From: Nitrosopumilus sp.
GTDB lineage: Archaea; Thermoproteota; Nitrososphaeria; Nitrososphaerales; Nitrosopumilaceae
DNA length: 64,000 nt
Direction: 5' to 3'
NCBI GenBank assembly: GCA_024644105.1
Contig: JAHELP010000001.1
Coordinates: forward strand, 20,672-84,671
Positions within the stretch are counted from its first letter, which is position 1. Each line of letters opens with the position of its first letter. Made by a program: the position numbers and the translations under genes. The notes under the pieces are model-generated. The model was not told the origin of the DNA and searched no databases. It saw nothing but the letters and a program-made list of their open reading frames with translations. Of the stretch, positions 41,562 to 51,874 are shown piece by piece.

Positions 41562-42857
41562 ATGTCTGAATTAACACGCCATATGGGATTATTTCATCTT
41601 ACCATGTACGGTGTTGGATTAATTCTCGGAGCTGGTATCTATGTTTTGATTGGTGAGGCTGCAGGTTTTGCTGGAAATTCTATGTGGATTTCTTTTTTGC
41701 TGGGTGCAATAGTTGCATTATTTGCTGGATTAAGTTACTCTGAACTTTCGGCTTTGTATCCCAAAGCGGCAGCAGAATACACTTTTGTGAAAAATGCATT
41801 CAAGAGTCATTTCTTTGGTTTCATAATTGGCTGGTTAACGGCAATAACATCAATCATAGTTGCTGCAACAGTAGCGCTAGGATTTGGTGGATATCTTACT
41901 AAATTTGTTGATTTACCAATTACAATTGGTGCAATTCTCTTAATTGGGATTTTATCAATAGTGAATTTCATTGGAATTAAAGAATCTGCATGGGCAAATA
42001 CCATTTTTGCATTAATTACAGCTGGTGGATTAGTACTGATAATATTTCTAGGATTTACAATTGAACCAGTTGAATCGATAGATTATTTTGAAGCACCAAA
42101 TGGAATTACAGGCATTATTCTAGCATTTGTGTTAATTTTCTTTGCCTTTATTGGATTTGAAGATATGGCAAATGTTGCAGAAGAAGTTAAGAGACCTAAA
42201 AAAACAATTCCAAGAGCAATTATTTTATCTGTAGTAATTACTGGAGTGATTTACATTCTAGTTTCATTTTCAGTGATTCGAATTTTGAATTGGGAAGAGT
42301 TAGCAGCCTCTTCTGCACCACTTGCTGATGTAGCTCAGAGTGCTTTAGGTATCAATGGTAGTATCACTCTATCATTAATTGCACTTTTTGCAACTGCTAG
42401 TACTGTTTTGATAACGTTGGTAGCTGGTGCACGAATTTTGTATGGAATGGCAAAAAGTAATTCATTACCTCAGTTTTTTGCAAGGATTCATCCTAAAACA
42501 AAGACTCCATGGATTGCAGTCGTTGCGATTTTAATTACTTCTGTAGGATTTGCATTTGTTGGAGATATTGTAATAATAGCAAATATTGTTGTTTTTGCAG
42601 TAGTTATTACTTTTGCAGCAATTAATCTAGCTGTGATTGTTCTTAGATACACTGAACCTGTTTTAGAAAGACCTTTTAAAGTTCCAATTAATGTTGGAAA
42701 GTTTCCCATATTACCATTATTTGGATTTGGAACTACAGTTTACATGGCATTACAGTTTGAATTTGAAGTTGTACTAGTAGGAGTGGCTATTATTGGAATT
42801 GGCTCAGTTTTGTATTTTATTTTAAAAAAACAAAATAATTTTACAAATGGAATCTAA
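41562..42857 (+). CDS. APC-superfamily amino acid permease
   Basis: 431 aa with about 12 TM helices. Contains 'GAGIYVLIGEAAG' and 'FAFIGFEDMANVAEEVKRPKKTIPRAI'. Confidence 0.85.
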   Translation: MSELTRHMGLFHLTMYGVGLILGAGIYVLIGEAAGFAGNSMWISFLLGAIVALFAGLSYSELSALYPKAAAEYTFVKNAFKSHFFGFIIGWLTAITSIIVAATVALGFGGYLTKFVDLPITIGAILLIGILSIVNFIGIKESAWANTIFALITAGGLVLIIFLGFTIEPVESIDYFEAPNGITGIILAFVLIFFAFIGFEDMANVAEEVKRPKKTIPRAIILSVVITGVIYILVSFSVIRILNWEELAASSAPLADVAQSALGINGSITLSLIALFATASTVLITLVAGARILYGMAKSNSLPQFFARIHPKTKTPWIAVVAILITSVGFAFVGDIVIIANIVVFAVVITFAAINLAVIVLRYTEPVLERPFKVPINVGKFPILPLFGFGTTVYMALQFEFEVVLVGVAIIGIGSVLYFILKKQNNFTNGI

Positions 42858-43489
42858 TTCTTTTTTGATTTTGTAATTGCAACTATTGCTAAAGTAATTC
42901 CAATAATGCCAACAGTAATTCCGAAATATCCAATATTGTTTGACTGTGATTCTTCCAACATTAATACTGAATCTTTTAGCTCACTGACATCTTCAATCAA
43001 TGCTGTATGTCCATCAATCATTTGTGTTATTGTAATATCAGATGGTTCAGGAAATTCAATGTATGAGCGTTCATCAACTTTAGGTGGATGCATTGACAAA
43101 CTAATTGGAGTATCTTCAATTGTACCTAAAATATTTGCTTGATAGAATCCAGATATTGTTGGATTTACAAATGCATAATATTTTCCGGGAATATTATGAT
43201 CTGGAGATAATGGAAGAGTAATGCTTTCATCTTTGAAAATTAATTTTATTTTAACTGTATTTTTTAAATCTGGAATTCCATTTTTGAAAATTTGTTCTTC
43301 TAATTCTAATCCTGGTTCTAGAGGACTGACATAGAATTCAATTGCATTTGTTTCTCCAGAAACAACAGGTTCATTCATCCAACCAATTTCGACTCTATAT
43401 TCGCCAACAGAATCTACCGTGTGCCCAAATGCCATTCCAACTAAACCAGGAATAATTAAAAAAGAGAAAATGATGAATTTTAATTTCAT
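42854..43489 (-). CDS. Secreted, C-terminally anchored protein of unknown function
   Basis: 211 aa. Signal peptide ending '...GMAFG', then 'HTVDSVGEYRVEIGW...'. Beta-rich domain and a C-terminal TM helix with a basic tail. Confidence 0.5.
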   Translation of the reverse strand: MKLKFIIFSFLIIPGLVGMAFGHTVDSVGEYRVEIGWMNEPVVSGETNAIEFYVSPLEPGLELEEQIFKNGIPDLKNTVKIKLIFKDESITLPLSPDHNIPGKYYAFVNPTISGFYQANILGTIEDTPISLSMHPPKVDERSYIEFPEPSDITITQMIDGHTALIEDVSELKDSVLMLEESQSNNIGYFGITVGIIGITLAIVAITKSKKN

Positions 43490-43559
43490 ATTAAAAAATC
43501 TAAATCTGATTTTAAAAACGTTCTACTAATTTTCACTAAATTTTTGATATTTGTACCAC

Positions 43560-45005
43560 TCAGGCATCAGCATACATTGAAACTTCCCATGCAGTAGGAG
43601 TTTGTGCAAATGCGGTATACTCTTTGTATTTTAGTTCAGAATAAGCATCAAGAAAATCTTTTGTGAAAACATCAACTAAGAAATTTGAATCACTTGATAA
43701 AGAATCGAGAGCACCTTTCAGAGATACAGGAAGAGAGCCAATTTTGTATTCACGTTTCTTTTCTGCAGAAAGTTTGTAAACATTTTCTTCTACCGGATCA
43801 CCAGGATCAATTTTATTTTTAATTCCATCTAGACCGGCAAGTAATAATGCAGATTCTAAAAGATAGATGTTTGCGGTTGGATCAGGAACACGATATTCAA
43901 TCCTCTTGCTTTTTTCTTGGTTTCTGTTGTACATTGGAACTCTAATTGCAGTAGAACGATTTGCTAATCCCCAGCATACATTAACAGGTGCTTCAAATCC
44001 AGGTACGAGACGTTTGTATGAATTTGTTGTTGGATTTGAGATTGCACATAATGCTGAAGCATGGCTTAAGATTCCACCAATATAATATCTACCAGTTTGG
44101 CTCATTTGAGCTAGATCATCATCTTTATCATACATGACATTTGAATTTTCTTTCCATAAACTTTGGTGTGTATGCATGGCAGAAGCATTATCACCAAAAA
44201 TTGGTTTTGGCATAAAAGTTGCAACTTTATTTTTTCTTTTAGCTTTAACTTTTACTAAATTTTTAACTGCAATAACATTGTCAGCCATAGCAATCATTTC
44301 ATCATAAACTAAATTGATTTCACATTGACCAGATGTTGCAACCTCATGATGTTCAGCTTCAATTTTTATTCCAAAATAATTATACAAATCATCACAAACA
44401 TCTTTTCGAAATCCTTCTAGTGTATCCTTGGGTTGTGATGGATAGTATCCTTCTTTGATATCTATTGCAGTACTAACATTTCCTTTTGCCCATGGGGATT
44501 CTTTAGATTCTATAGAATATCCAGAACCTCCTCCTGAGTGAGTTGCTGCATATGGGGATGGATAAACATTGATTGCATCAAATACAAAAAATTCAATTTC
44601 AGGTCCCCAATTAGTATGAGTAAAACCAAATTCTCCAAGCTTCTGTGCTGCTTTAAATGCAATTCCCCGAGAATCTCTATTGTATCGTGATTCTTTGTTT
44701 GTATTACCATCATAGAGATCACAAAAAATTCTTGCATTTTTTCTATTACCAGGATCATAATCATTTGGAAGAACTTTGAAAGAATTAGGATCAGGCATTA
44801 AAATCATATCAGAATTATTAACAGATTTGAATCCAACAATTGAACTTGCATCTAGTTTTTCAAGACCGTTAACAAAACTATTTTTATCAATTGCATAACT
44901 GGGCATTCCAACATTATGTAGCTCACCAAAAATATCTACAAACCAAAAATCTATGAACGATATATTTTCATCTTTAATAGCTTGTAATACTTGATCTGAG
45001 TTCAA
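43560..45005 (-). CDS. glnA: Glutamine synthetase, type I (copy 1)
   Basis: 481 aa. Contains 'GPEIEFFVF', 'HHEVATSGQCEIN', 'MPKPIFGDNASAMHTHQSLW', 'NSYKRLVPGFEAP' and 'NRSTAIRVP'. Confidence 0.9.
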   Translation of the reverse strand: MNSDQVLQAIKDENISFIDFWFVDIFGELHNVGMPSYAIDKNSFVNGLEKLDASSIVGFKSVNNSDMILMPDPNSFKVLPNDYDPGNRKNARIFCDLYDGNTNKESRYNRDSRGIAFKAAQKLGEFGFTHTNWGPEIEFFVFDAINVYPSPYAATHSGGGSGYSIESKESPWAKGNVSTAIDIKEGYYPSQPKDTLEGFRKDVCDDLYNYFGIKIEAEHHEVATSGQCEINLVYDEMIAMADNVIAVKNLVKVKAKRKNKVATFMPKPIFGDNASAMHTHQSLWKENSNVMYDKDDDLAQMSQTGRYYIGGILSHASALCAISNPTTNSYKRLVPGFEAPVNVCWGLANRSTAIRVPMYNRNQEKSKRIEYRVPDPTANIYLLESALLLAGLDGIKNKIDPGDPVEENVYKLSAEKKREYKIGSLPVSLKGALDSLSSDSNFLVDVFTKDFLDAYSELKYKEYTAFAQTPTAWEVSMYADA

Positions 45006-45079
45006 TAGTGAATTTTTTTACTGGTTATTTTACTAATGTGGTGTTGTAAGAATCATTTGTCAAGTTGGTCAGGTTAATT

Positions 45080-46507
45080 CTAAGATTCGGGATAATCTTC
45101 AATTGGATGTGTAGCTTTGAAATTTTTCATCTCTTCATCAAAAAAGAATTTGTCAGTAAGAGCTGGCTTCAAATCATCTAACCAAATTGCATTTTCGTCA
45201 TATTTTGCAAAGAATGGTACTTGTACCCAATCAGGATTTCTACCCTGCAAAAATCTCAGAACAATTACTTTTTGATCATTTAGATTTGCAGTTCCGATAA
45301 CATGTACTTTTCCAGGTGTTGCTGACATACTTGGACCACGAACAGTTCTAGCTAATCCACTAACTGAAGAATATGCTTTTCTGAAAATTTCATAAGCCCT
45401 TACCAATGGAATTCCAAAGTAATGTTGAGCACCTGTATCTCTAACTACAAACATGTAATACGGAATACAGCCAAGCTGAACCTGTTTTGTCCACATTTTT
45501 GCCCACATTTCTGCATCATCGTTTATGTGTGCTAAGATAGGAGATTGCGTTCTAATTTGTGCACCTGTTTTTCTTACTTCTTTTATTGCACTTTTTACTG
45601 CATCAGTTGATAATTCATTTAGATGATTGAAGTGAGCCATAAATGCAAGATGTAATCCACTGTCTGTAATTTTTTTGAATATATCTAACATTTCTTGAGA
45701 ATCAGAATCTGTTAAGAATTTGTATGGCCAGTATGCTAAAGCTTTTGTTCCAATTCTAATAGTTTTAAGATTTGGGAGTTTTGCATCAATTAAAGCATCA
45801 ACGTATTTTGAGAAAATTTTTGCTTTCATTATCATTGGATCCCCACCAGTAAAAAGGACATCAGTAATTTCTGGATGCTCACTAACATACTGTACAAGTT
45901 GCTCACCTTCTTGCATGGCAAATTTCATTTCGTCCATTCCAACAAATTGAGGCCATCTAAAACAAAAACTACAATATGCATGACATGTTTGACTTTGACT
46001 TGGAAAGAAGAGACAAGTTTCTTTGTATTTATGTTGCATTCCATAGAGTTTGGTTCCGTCTTTTAATGTTGGAACATTTAGTTCCATTTGTCCAGCAGGG
46101 TGTGGATTTAGTTGTAAACGGATTTCATTTGCAATTGCTGTAATTTCTTTTTTATCTAAATTATTTTTTAAAGCAGTTTCCATTTTTTTATAATGTTCTG
46201 GTTTTAGCATTCCTCTTTGGGGGAATGTCAATACAAAGATTGGATCATTTGGAATATTATTCCAATCAATTAATTGTTCAACAACATAATTATTTGCTTT
46301 AAAAGGTAAAACATTTCCTACTACTTCCATTTCAAATTGAGTTTCTTCACTTAATTTTTGAATTTGTGGAAGGGTTCTAAAATTTGCTAGTGTATAAGAT
46401 TTGAGAGAGGGAGAATCATCCCATAATGATTCTTGTTGGGTCATTTTGTAATTAGTACATTTACCCTTGTTAAAGGTTACATGATTTTTACGCATAAAAT
46501 TTATCAA
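45080..46507 (-). CDS. KamA-family radical SAM protein (lysine 2,3-aminomutase-like)
   Basis: 475 aa. Radical-SAM cluster motif 'CHAYCSFCFRW' and 'VLFTGGDPMIM'. The likely true start is Met22 (MTQQESLW). Confidence 0.75.
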   Translation of the reverse strand: MINFMRKNHVTFNKGKCTNYKMTQQESLWDDSPSLKSYTLANFRTLPQIQKLSEETQFEMEVVGNVLPFKANNYVVEQLIDWNNIPNDPIFVLTFPQRGMLKPEHYKKMETALKNNLDKKEITAIANEIRLQLNPHPAGQMELNVPTLKDGTKLYGMQHKYKETCLFFPSQSQTCHAYCSFCFRWPQFVGMDEMKFAMQEGEQLVQYVSEHPEITDVLFTGGDPMIMKAKIFSKYVDALIDAKLPNLKTIRIGTKALAYWPYKFLTDSDSQEMLDIFKKITDSGLHLAFMAHFNHLNELSTDAVKSAIKEVRKTGAQIRTQSPILAHINDDAEMWAKMWTKQVQLGCIPYYMFVVRDTGAQHYFGIPLVRAYEIFRKAYSSVSGLARTVRGPSMSATPGKVHVIGTANLNDQKVIVLRFLQGRNPDWVQVPFFAKYDENAIWLDDLKPALTDKFFFDEEMKNFKATHPIEDYPES

Positions 46508-46586
46508 TATACTAGAGATTTCATAAAAATTAGAAATAATAATAGAGGTCGCCTATGTATTCTAGAACAGGAGATCGTGTTAGGTA

Positions 46587-48380
46587 ATGGCTGAAGAAAT
46601 AATTGAAGCAGTGGTTGGTCAAACATCTGAATTTGAAAATATTTCTGAATTGATAGCTTCATCAGAAGCATTACAAATTGCCTTTACTATTCTTATAATT
46701 GGGATAATTGGCATTTCTTTGGTTTATCGAGTTTTTTCAAAGTGGGTTTCATCGCAAAAATTCACCTATGTTAAACCTCATTTTTCAAGATTTGTTAGAG
46801 TTGGAGTGTTACCATTCTTTGCAATTATTTTAATCACTAGCATGAATGTATACATTCAATCTTTTGATTTATTTGATAATCCCATAATATCTGATTCTCA
46901 AGATGTACTAACAGATACTCAAGAAAGTTTCACTACACAGATTGATCGTAAAAATTTATCATCAGCTGAAACATTTGCAAAAATTCTCAATACCATCAAT
47001 ATTCTAGTAATAGGCTATTCAATAGCACATCTAATTCCAATTATGATTAGTAAACATGAAAAATCAAATTTGGAAAAAGAGGATTATGAATCTTGGAAAG
47101 AAATGAGAGGATTCCTTGATGACAAAGATGATTTATTTCACAGATGTTTTAAATGGGTTCCACCTAAAAACACGCCAGAAGATATTTCAGATGAGGATTT
47201 TTTAAATAATCTAAAAACAGAAGAAGGGAAAAAATTTCTGGAAGAATTTAGAACAACTAAAGGATTACCAATAGGAAGTTATGAACAACTAGTAAAGAAT
47301 CCATTTGAAGTATGGAAACAATCAGAGAGAGGAAAATATATTGATTATTTTGAAAAATGTATTTCTGGAAATAATCAATCAGGGAAAAAACTTAGACTTG
47401 GACAAGATGAAGAAGAGATCTATCCAATAGATACTTGGAGAGAGGAGAAGAGATTAGAATCATATGAACCAATTATTGCTGGTGGAAGACCACCAGGATA
47501 TGCGACACGAAAGAGAAAAAATCTCCCAAAAACTATTAGTCAAATTCTACCACTAGGAATTTTTGTTGCAGTAATAATTGGTGTTGTTAATTGGTGGGGC
47601 TTTGATCTCTTTGTATTAGCTACTGCTACTGGTGGATTGGCAATTGGTGTAGGATTAGCTTTGCAGGAAACAATGCAGAACTATTTTGCATATATCCTGA
47701 TTAGAAAAGATAAAATTTTTGCTGAAGGTGAGCGTATTAAATTAGATACTGGATATAATGGATATGTACACAAAATTACTCCTAGAGTTACATACATCAG
47801 AGATGCACTCAATGAATCGTTTGCAGTAATCCCTACCAGACAGCTAGTAAATGCACAGATTATCAATTATTCAAAAGAGATCAAAATGGTTCCAGCAATA
47901 GTCCAAGTTGGAGTTTCATATCTCAATGATCCTAAACAAGTTTCTGCAATATTGGTAAAAGTTGGAAAACGTGTAATGAATGAATCAGTTGATAATAAAG
48001 GCAGACATCTTGTTACCCAATTACGTTGTCCATATTTAGAAGAGAATAAGCCTAGTTGTGGATGTGATAAAGATATTCATGTAGACATAAATCAACCAGT
48101 TGTAAGATTCAATAATTTTAATGATTCTTCATTGGATTTTTCTTTGTGGTTGTATGTTAGAGATTATGGTTCTCAGTTTAAAGCTAAAACAGAGATGAGG
48201 ATAATTATGTATGAAGAATTTAAAAAATATGATATCAGAATTCCATGGCCTATTAGAACTGTCTATCAGGGAGATGAAAAACGTGAGCAAGAGGAAATTG
48301 ACAAGCTCACTGAACAAAGAGATGATGTTGTTGATGAATATGGTATAGGCGATATTGGTCGTGGTAGTGGAGAAGAATAG
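46587..48380 (+). CDS. MscS-family mechanosensitive channel (long form)
   Basis: 597 aa. Core 'GLAIGVGLALQETMQNYFAYILI...FAEGERIKL...GYVHKITPRVTYIRD...VIPTRQLVNAQIINYS'. Long N-terminal and linker regions, and an acidic C-terminus. Confidence 0.8.
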   Translation: MAEEIIEAVVGQTSEFENISELIASSEALQIAFTILIIGIIGISLVYRVFSKWVSSQKFTYVKPHFSRFVRVGVLPFFAIILITSMNVYIQSFDLFDNPIISDSQDVLTDTQESFTTQIDRKNLSSAETFAKILNTINILVIGYSIAHLIPIMISKHEKSNLEKEDYESWKEMRGFLDDKDDLFHRCFKWVPPKNTPEDISDEDFLNNLKTEEGKKFLEEFRTTKGLPIGSYEQLVKNPFEVWKQSERGKYIDYFEKCISGNNQSGKKLRLGQDEEEIYPIDTWREEKRLESYEPIIAGGRPPGYATRKRKNLPKTISQILPLGIFVAVIIGVVNWWGFDLFVLATATGGLAIGVGLALQETMQNYFAYILIRKDKIFAEGERIKLDTGYNGYVHKITPRVTYIRDALNESFAVIPTRQLVNAQIINYSKEIKMVPAIVQVGVSYLNDPKQVSAILVKVGKRVMNESVDNKGRHLVTQLRCPYLEENKPSCGCDKDIHVDINQPVVRFNNFNDSSLDFSLWLYVRDYGSQFKAKTEMRIIMYEEFKKYDIRIPWPIRTVYQGDEKREQEEIDKLTEQRDDVVDEYGIGDIGRGSGEE

Positions 48381-48419
48381 TCTTCTCAAAACTTAAGAAT
48401 CCCATTAAATCACATTTCC

Positions 48420-49301
48420 TTGTTGAGTAAATTATCAGTAATTGCAGGGAAATCATCAGAGGATGTAGCCAAAAAATTGTCTAGAAAGATAAAAGCAAAT
48501 CTTGTGAAATCACAGATTAGAATTTTTGCTGATGGAGAAAGTAAGATTACACTTTATGGAAAAATATCTAAACAAAAATCAATTGTAGTACAATCAATTT
48601 ACCCTCCAGTTGATACAAATCTAATTCAAGCGTTATCACTTATATCAAAAGCTAAAGAAACATCATCTGAAGTAATTGCTGTAATTCCATATATGGGATA
48701 TGCAAGACAAGATAGAGAATTTTTACCAGGGGAGATAATTACAATGAAAGTTCTAGGTAAACTCTTCAAAGGAGCTGGTGCATCAAAAATTATTGCAGTA
48801 GATATCCATAGTATGATAGGATTCAAACATTTCACAATTAAAACAAAGAATGTGTCTGCAATTCCAGATCTTGTACAATATTTCAAGAAATTGAGCCTGA
48901 AAAATCCACTTGTCGTATCCCCAGATCAAGGAGGAAAAGAAAGAGCTCATGAATTTGCTAAAGAATTAGGCTCAGAGTATATTGCATTAGAGAAAAAAAG
49001 GGATAGAAAAACAGGGATAGTTAAGATAAAAACAAAAAATCTTGATGAAGTTGCAAATAGGGATTTAATTTTAGTTGATGATATGATTAGTACCGGAGGA
49101 AGTATAGTTAAAGCTACACAATTTCTTAAAAAACAAAAATGTAAAAAAGTGTATGTAGCATGCACACATGCTTTGTTAATGAATGATGCTGAAAAAAGAA
49201 TTAAAAAAGCTGGAGTAACAAAAATTGTTAGTACAAATACAATTCCAGGTAAAACATCTATTGTAGATATTTCCAATACCATTGCAAAGGCAATTCAATA
49301 A
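48420..49301 (+). CDS. prs: Ribose-phosphate pyrophosphokinase
   Basis: 293 aa. Contains 'FADGESKI', 'YMGYARQDR' and 'LVDDMISTGGSI'. TTG start. Confidence 0.9.
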   Translation: MLSKLSVIAGKSSEDVAKKLSRKIKANLVKSQIRIFADGESKITLYGKISKQKSIVVQSIYPPVDTNLIQALSLISKAKETSSEVIAVIPYMGYARQDREFLPGEIITMKVLGKLFKGAGASKIIAVDIHSMIGFKHFTIKTKNVSAIPDLVQYFKKLSLKNPLVVSPDQGGKERAHEFAKELGSEYIALEKKRDRKTGIVKIKTKNLDEVANRDLILVDDMISTGGSIVKATQFLKKQKCKKVYVACTHALLMNDAEKRIKKAGVTKIVSTNTIPGKTSIVDISNTIAKAIQ

Positions 49302-50248
49302 TGCCAGAAAGTTTTTTTGTCTTATCTAAAGATTATCTTGAACTTGCTATTGATGAAATTACAGCAATTGCAAAAATGTATGATAGGTTTTCTAAAATTA
49401 ACGTAATTTCTAATCTTGTTATAGTACAATCAAAAACAAATTGGAATGAAATTGCAAAAAGAGCAACGTTTGTAAAAATATCTGGTCAAATTTTAAGAAA
49501 AATGTCTGGACTGTTTTTAGATGAAGAAAATATTGGTGTATTAAAAAATGCTAAATCATTTGTTTGTAGAATCGTTAATTTATCATCTAATCAATTCAAT
49601 ATTCCTGAATTGGAAAGCTCTATGGGAGATATGATATCAAAATTCTCGCATGCAAAAGTGAAGTTAGATAATCCAGATATTACAGTATATCTAATTTTTA
49701 CAAATAAAGAGAATTTTTTTGGATTTTCAAAACGAGTCAAAAATCAGATTAGGCCAAAAAAGATCAAGAAGCATCCACATGAATTAGATTGGAAATTAAC
49801 ACGAGTAATGATAAATCTGATAGGGATGAAAAAGGGAGAAACAATCTGTGATCCATTTTGTGGAACAGGTACCACCTTACTTGAAGCTGAATCAATGGGA
49901 ATACATGCCATTGGATTAGATTTTGATGAAAAAATGTGTGAAATTGCTAAAGAAAATCTTGCTGTGAACAAATATCATTCAAAAGTAATCAAATCTGAAT
50001 ATCAAGGATTATCAAAAATATCTGATAAATTTGATGGAATAGTGACTGATTTACCATATGGAGTAGCCTCAAAAACTTCAGAAAAGCCTCAGGAAATACT
50101 CAAGAAGTTTTTCGCTAGTCTTCCTAAAAGAAAAAAAGTAGCAATAATGTACAAAAAAGAATTGGATTTTAATTCAAAGTTGAGCGGATTAAAAAAATAT
50201 CATATCTATAGGCATAAAAGCTTGACAAGAACAATCCTGATTAAATGA
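49301..50248 (+). CDS. THUMP-domain tRNA (guanine-N2)-methyltransferase (Trm11/Trm-G10-like)
   Basis: 315 aa. N-terminal THUMP-like region, then 'DPFCGTGTTLLEA' and 'VTDLPYG'. 1-nt overlap with the prs stop. Confidence 0.7.
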   Translation: MPESFFVLSKDYLELAIDEITAIAKMYDRFSKINVISNLVIVQSKTNWNEIAKRATFVKISGQILRKMSGLFLDEENIGVLKNAKSFVCRIVNLSSNQFNIPELESSMGDMISKFSHAKVKLDNPDITVYLIFTNKENFFGFSKRVKNQIRPKKIKKHPHELDWKLTRVMINLIGMKKGETICDPFCGTGTTLLEAESMGIHAIGLDFDEKMCEIAKENLAVNKYHSKVIKSEYQGLSKISDKFDGIVTDLPYGVASKTSEKPQEILKKFFASLPKRKKVAIMYKKELDFNSKLSGLKKYHIYRHKSLTRTILIK

Positions 50249-51144
50249 AACTTGTATTTTTAGGAACATCTGCAGCTCAACCAACTGAAAATAGAGGATT
50301 ATCATGTATTTGCTTAGAAAGAGATGGAGAGATCTTGATGTTTGATGCCGGTGAATCTGCTCAAATATCATTTATGAAATCAGGTTTAGGTTGGAATAAA
50401 AAAATGAAATTGTTTGTAACCCATATGCACGGTGATCACTGTGTTGGAATCCTGGGATTATTACAAACAATGTCAATGCAAAATAGAACTGAAACCTTGG
50501 AGATTTTTGGACCTAATGGAATTGAGGAATTCATTGCAGCTAATATAAAAATTCTAAATTTTGGATTATCATTTCCAATTTTGATTACAACTATTAAAGA
50601 AGGAAAAATGTTTGAGGATGAAAAATTTACTATATACGTTTGTAAAGCAAATCATTCTATTACAGCATTTTCATATTTGTTTGAAGAAAAAGATAAACCT
50701 GGAAGATTTAATCTAGAAAAAGCAAAACAATTAGGAATTCCAGAGGGGAAGTTATGGAGTGAATTACAAAAAGGTTATGAAATTACAATTAATGATAAAA
50801 AAATAAAACCAGATCAAGTACTAGGAGAAAAACGACCAGGTAAAAAAATTGGAATTTCTGGTGATACTATGCCTACAGAAAGGTTAGAGGAGTTTTTTAA
50901 AAATTGTGATTATCTTGTATTTGATTCAACATTTTTAGAAGAAGAAAAACTAAGAGCACAAGAAACATGTCATTCAACTGCAAAACAAGCTGCAACACTT
51001 GCAAAGAATGCTAATGTTAAAAATTTAATTTTGACACATTTTTCAGCAAGATACAAAGATGAGAGTGAACATTTCAACGAAGCAAAAGAAATTCATAATT
51101 CAGTAATTACAGCCAAAGATCTTTTAGAAGTAGAAATTAAATAA
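50245..51144 (+). CDS. rnz: Ribonuclease Z
   Basis: 299 aa. Begins 'MKLVFLGTSAAQPT', with 'THMHGDHCVGILGLL' and C-terminal 'HSTAKQAA...LTHFSARY'. ATGA overlap with the upstream gene. Confidence 0.9.
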   Translation: MKLVFLGTSAAQPTENRGLSCICLERDGEILMFDAGESAQISFMKSGLGWNKKMKLFVTHMHGDHCVGILGLLQTMSMQNRTETLEIFGPNGIEEFIAANIKILNFGLSFPILITTIKEGKMFEDEKFTIYVCKANHSITAFSYLFEEKDKPGRFNLEKAKQLGIPEGKLWSELQKGYEITINDKKIKPDQVLGEKRPGKKIGISGDTMPTERLEEFFKNCDYLVFDSTFLEEEKLRAQETCHSTAKQAATLAKNANVKNLILTHFSARYKDESEHFNEAKEIHNSVITAKDLLEVEIK

Positions 51145-51145
51145 A

Positions 51146-51874
51146 ATGTTTGAATTAATTGAAGAGCAAATTACAAATTTTAAAAAAATTGTTTTTGTAA
51201 CAGGTGCTGGAATTTCTCAAGAAAGTGGAATTCCTACATTTAGAGGAAAAGATGGGTTATGGAGAAATCATGATGCAATGAAGTTAGCTACAATTGATGC
51301 GTTTTATGACAACCCAAAACTGGTCTGGGAGTGGTATAATGAGCGAAGAATGAATATTTTTCAGGCACAGCCAAATGCAGGTCATAAAGCAATTGCTGAA
51401 CTTGAAAAATATACTCAAGTTGTAGTTTTAACACAAAATATTGATGGATTACACCAAAAATCAGGCAGTTCTAATGTTTTGGAACTTCATGGGAGCATAG
51501 TACAAATCAAATGCACAGTTTGTAATTTTAAAGAGGAAATTTTAGAGGAGTTTTTCGATTTACCACCCATTTGTAAATGTGGGAATATACTTAGACCTGA
51601 TGTAGTATGGTTTGGAGAATCATTACCTCAAGATGTATGGCAAAATGCTATGAATTTTTCAAGCAAATGTGATTTAATGGTTATTGCAGGTACATCACTT
51701 GTAGTATCCCCTGCAAATACACTTCCAATATATGCAAAACAAAACAATGCTACACTAGTAGAAATTAATCCAGAAATTACAGAAATGTCTGGAGAAATGG
51801 ATTTATCAATTAGAAACACTAGTGCTGAAATATTACCACAATTAGTATCATTGTTTAAAAAAAGTTATGACTGA
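51146..51874 (+). CDS. cobB: NAD-dependent protein deacylase (Sir2/CobB)
   Basis: 242 aa. Contains 'TGAGISQESGIPTFRG', 'TQNIDGLH', a Zn ribbon 'CTVC...CKCG' and 'GTSLVVSPA'. Confidence 0.9.
   Translation: MFELIEEQITNFKKIVFVTGAGISQESGIPTFRGKDGLWRNHDAMKLATIDAFYDNPKLVWEWYNERRMNIFQAQPNAGHKAIAELEKYTQVVVLTQNIDGLHQKSGSSNVLELHGSIVQIKCTVCNFKEEILEEFFDLPPICKCGNILRPDVVWFGESLPQDVWQNAMNFSSKCDLMVIAGTSLVVSPANTLPIYAKQNNATLVEINPEITEMSGEMDLSIRNTSAEILPQLVSLFKKSYD

Noticed and set aside
41140-42709. Minus-strand ORFs inside the VIT1 and APC permease genes (41140-41487, 41807-42004, 42488-42709)
   Set aside because: They are antisense to confidently called membrane transporters and have no motifs.
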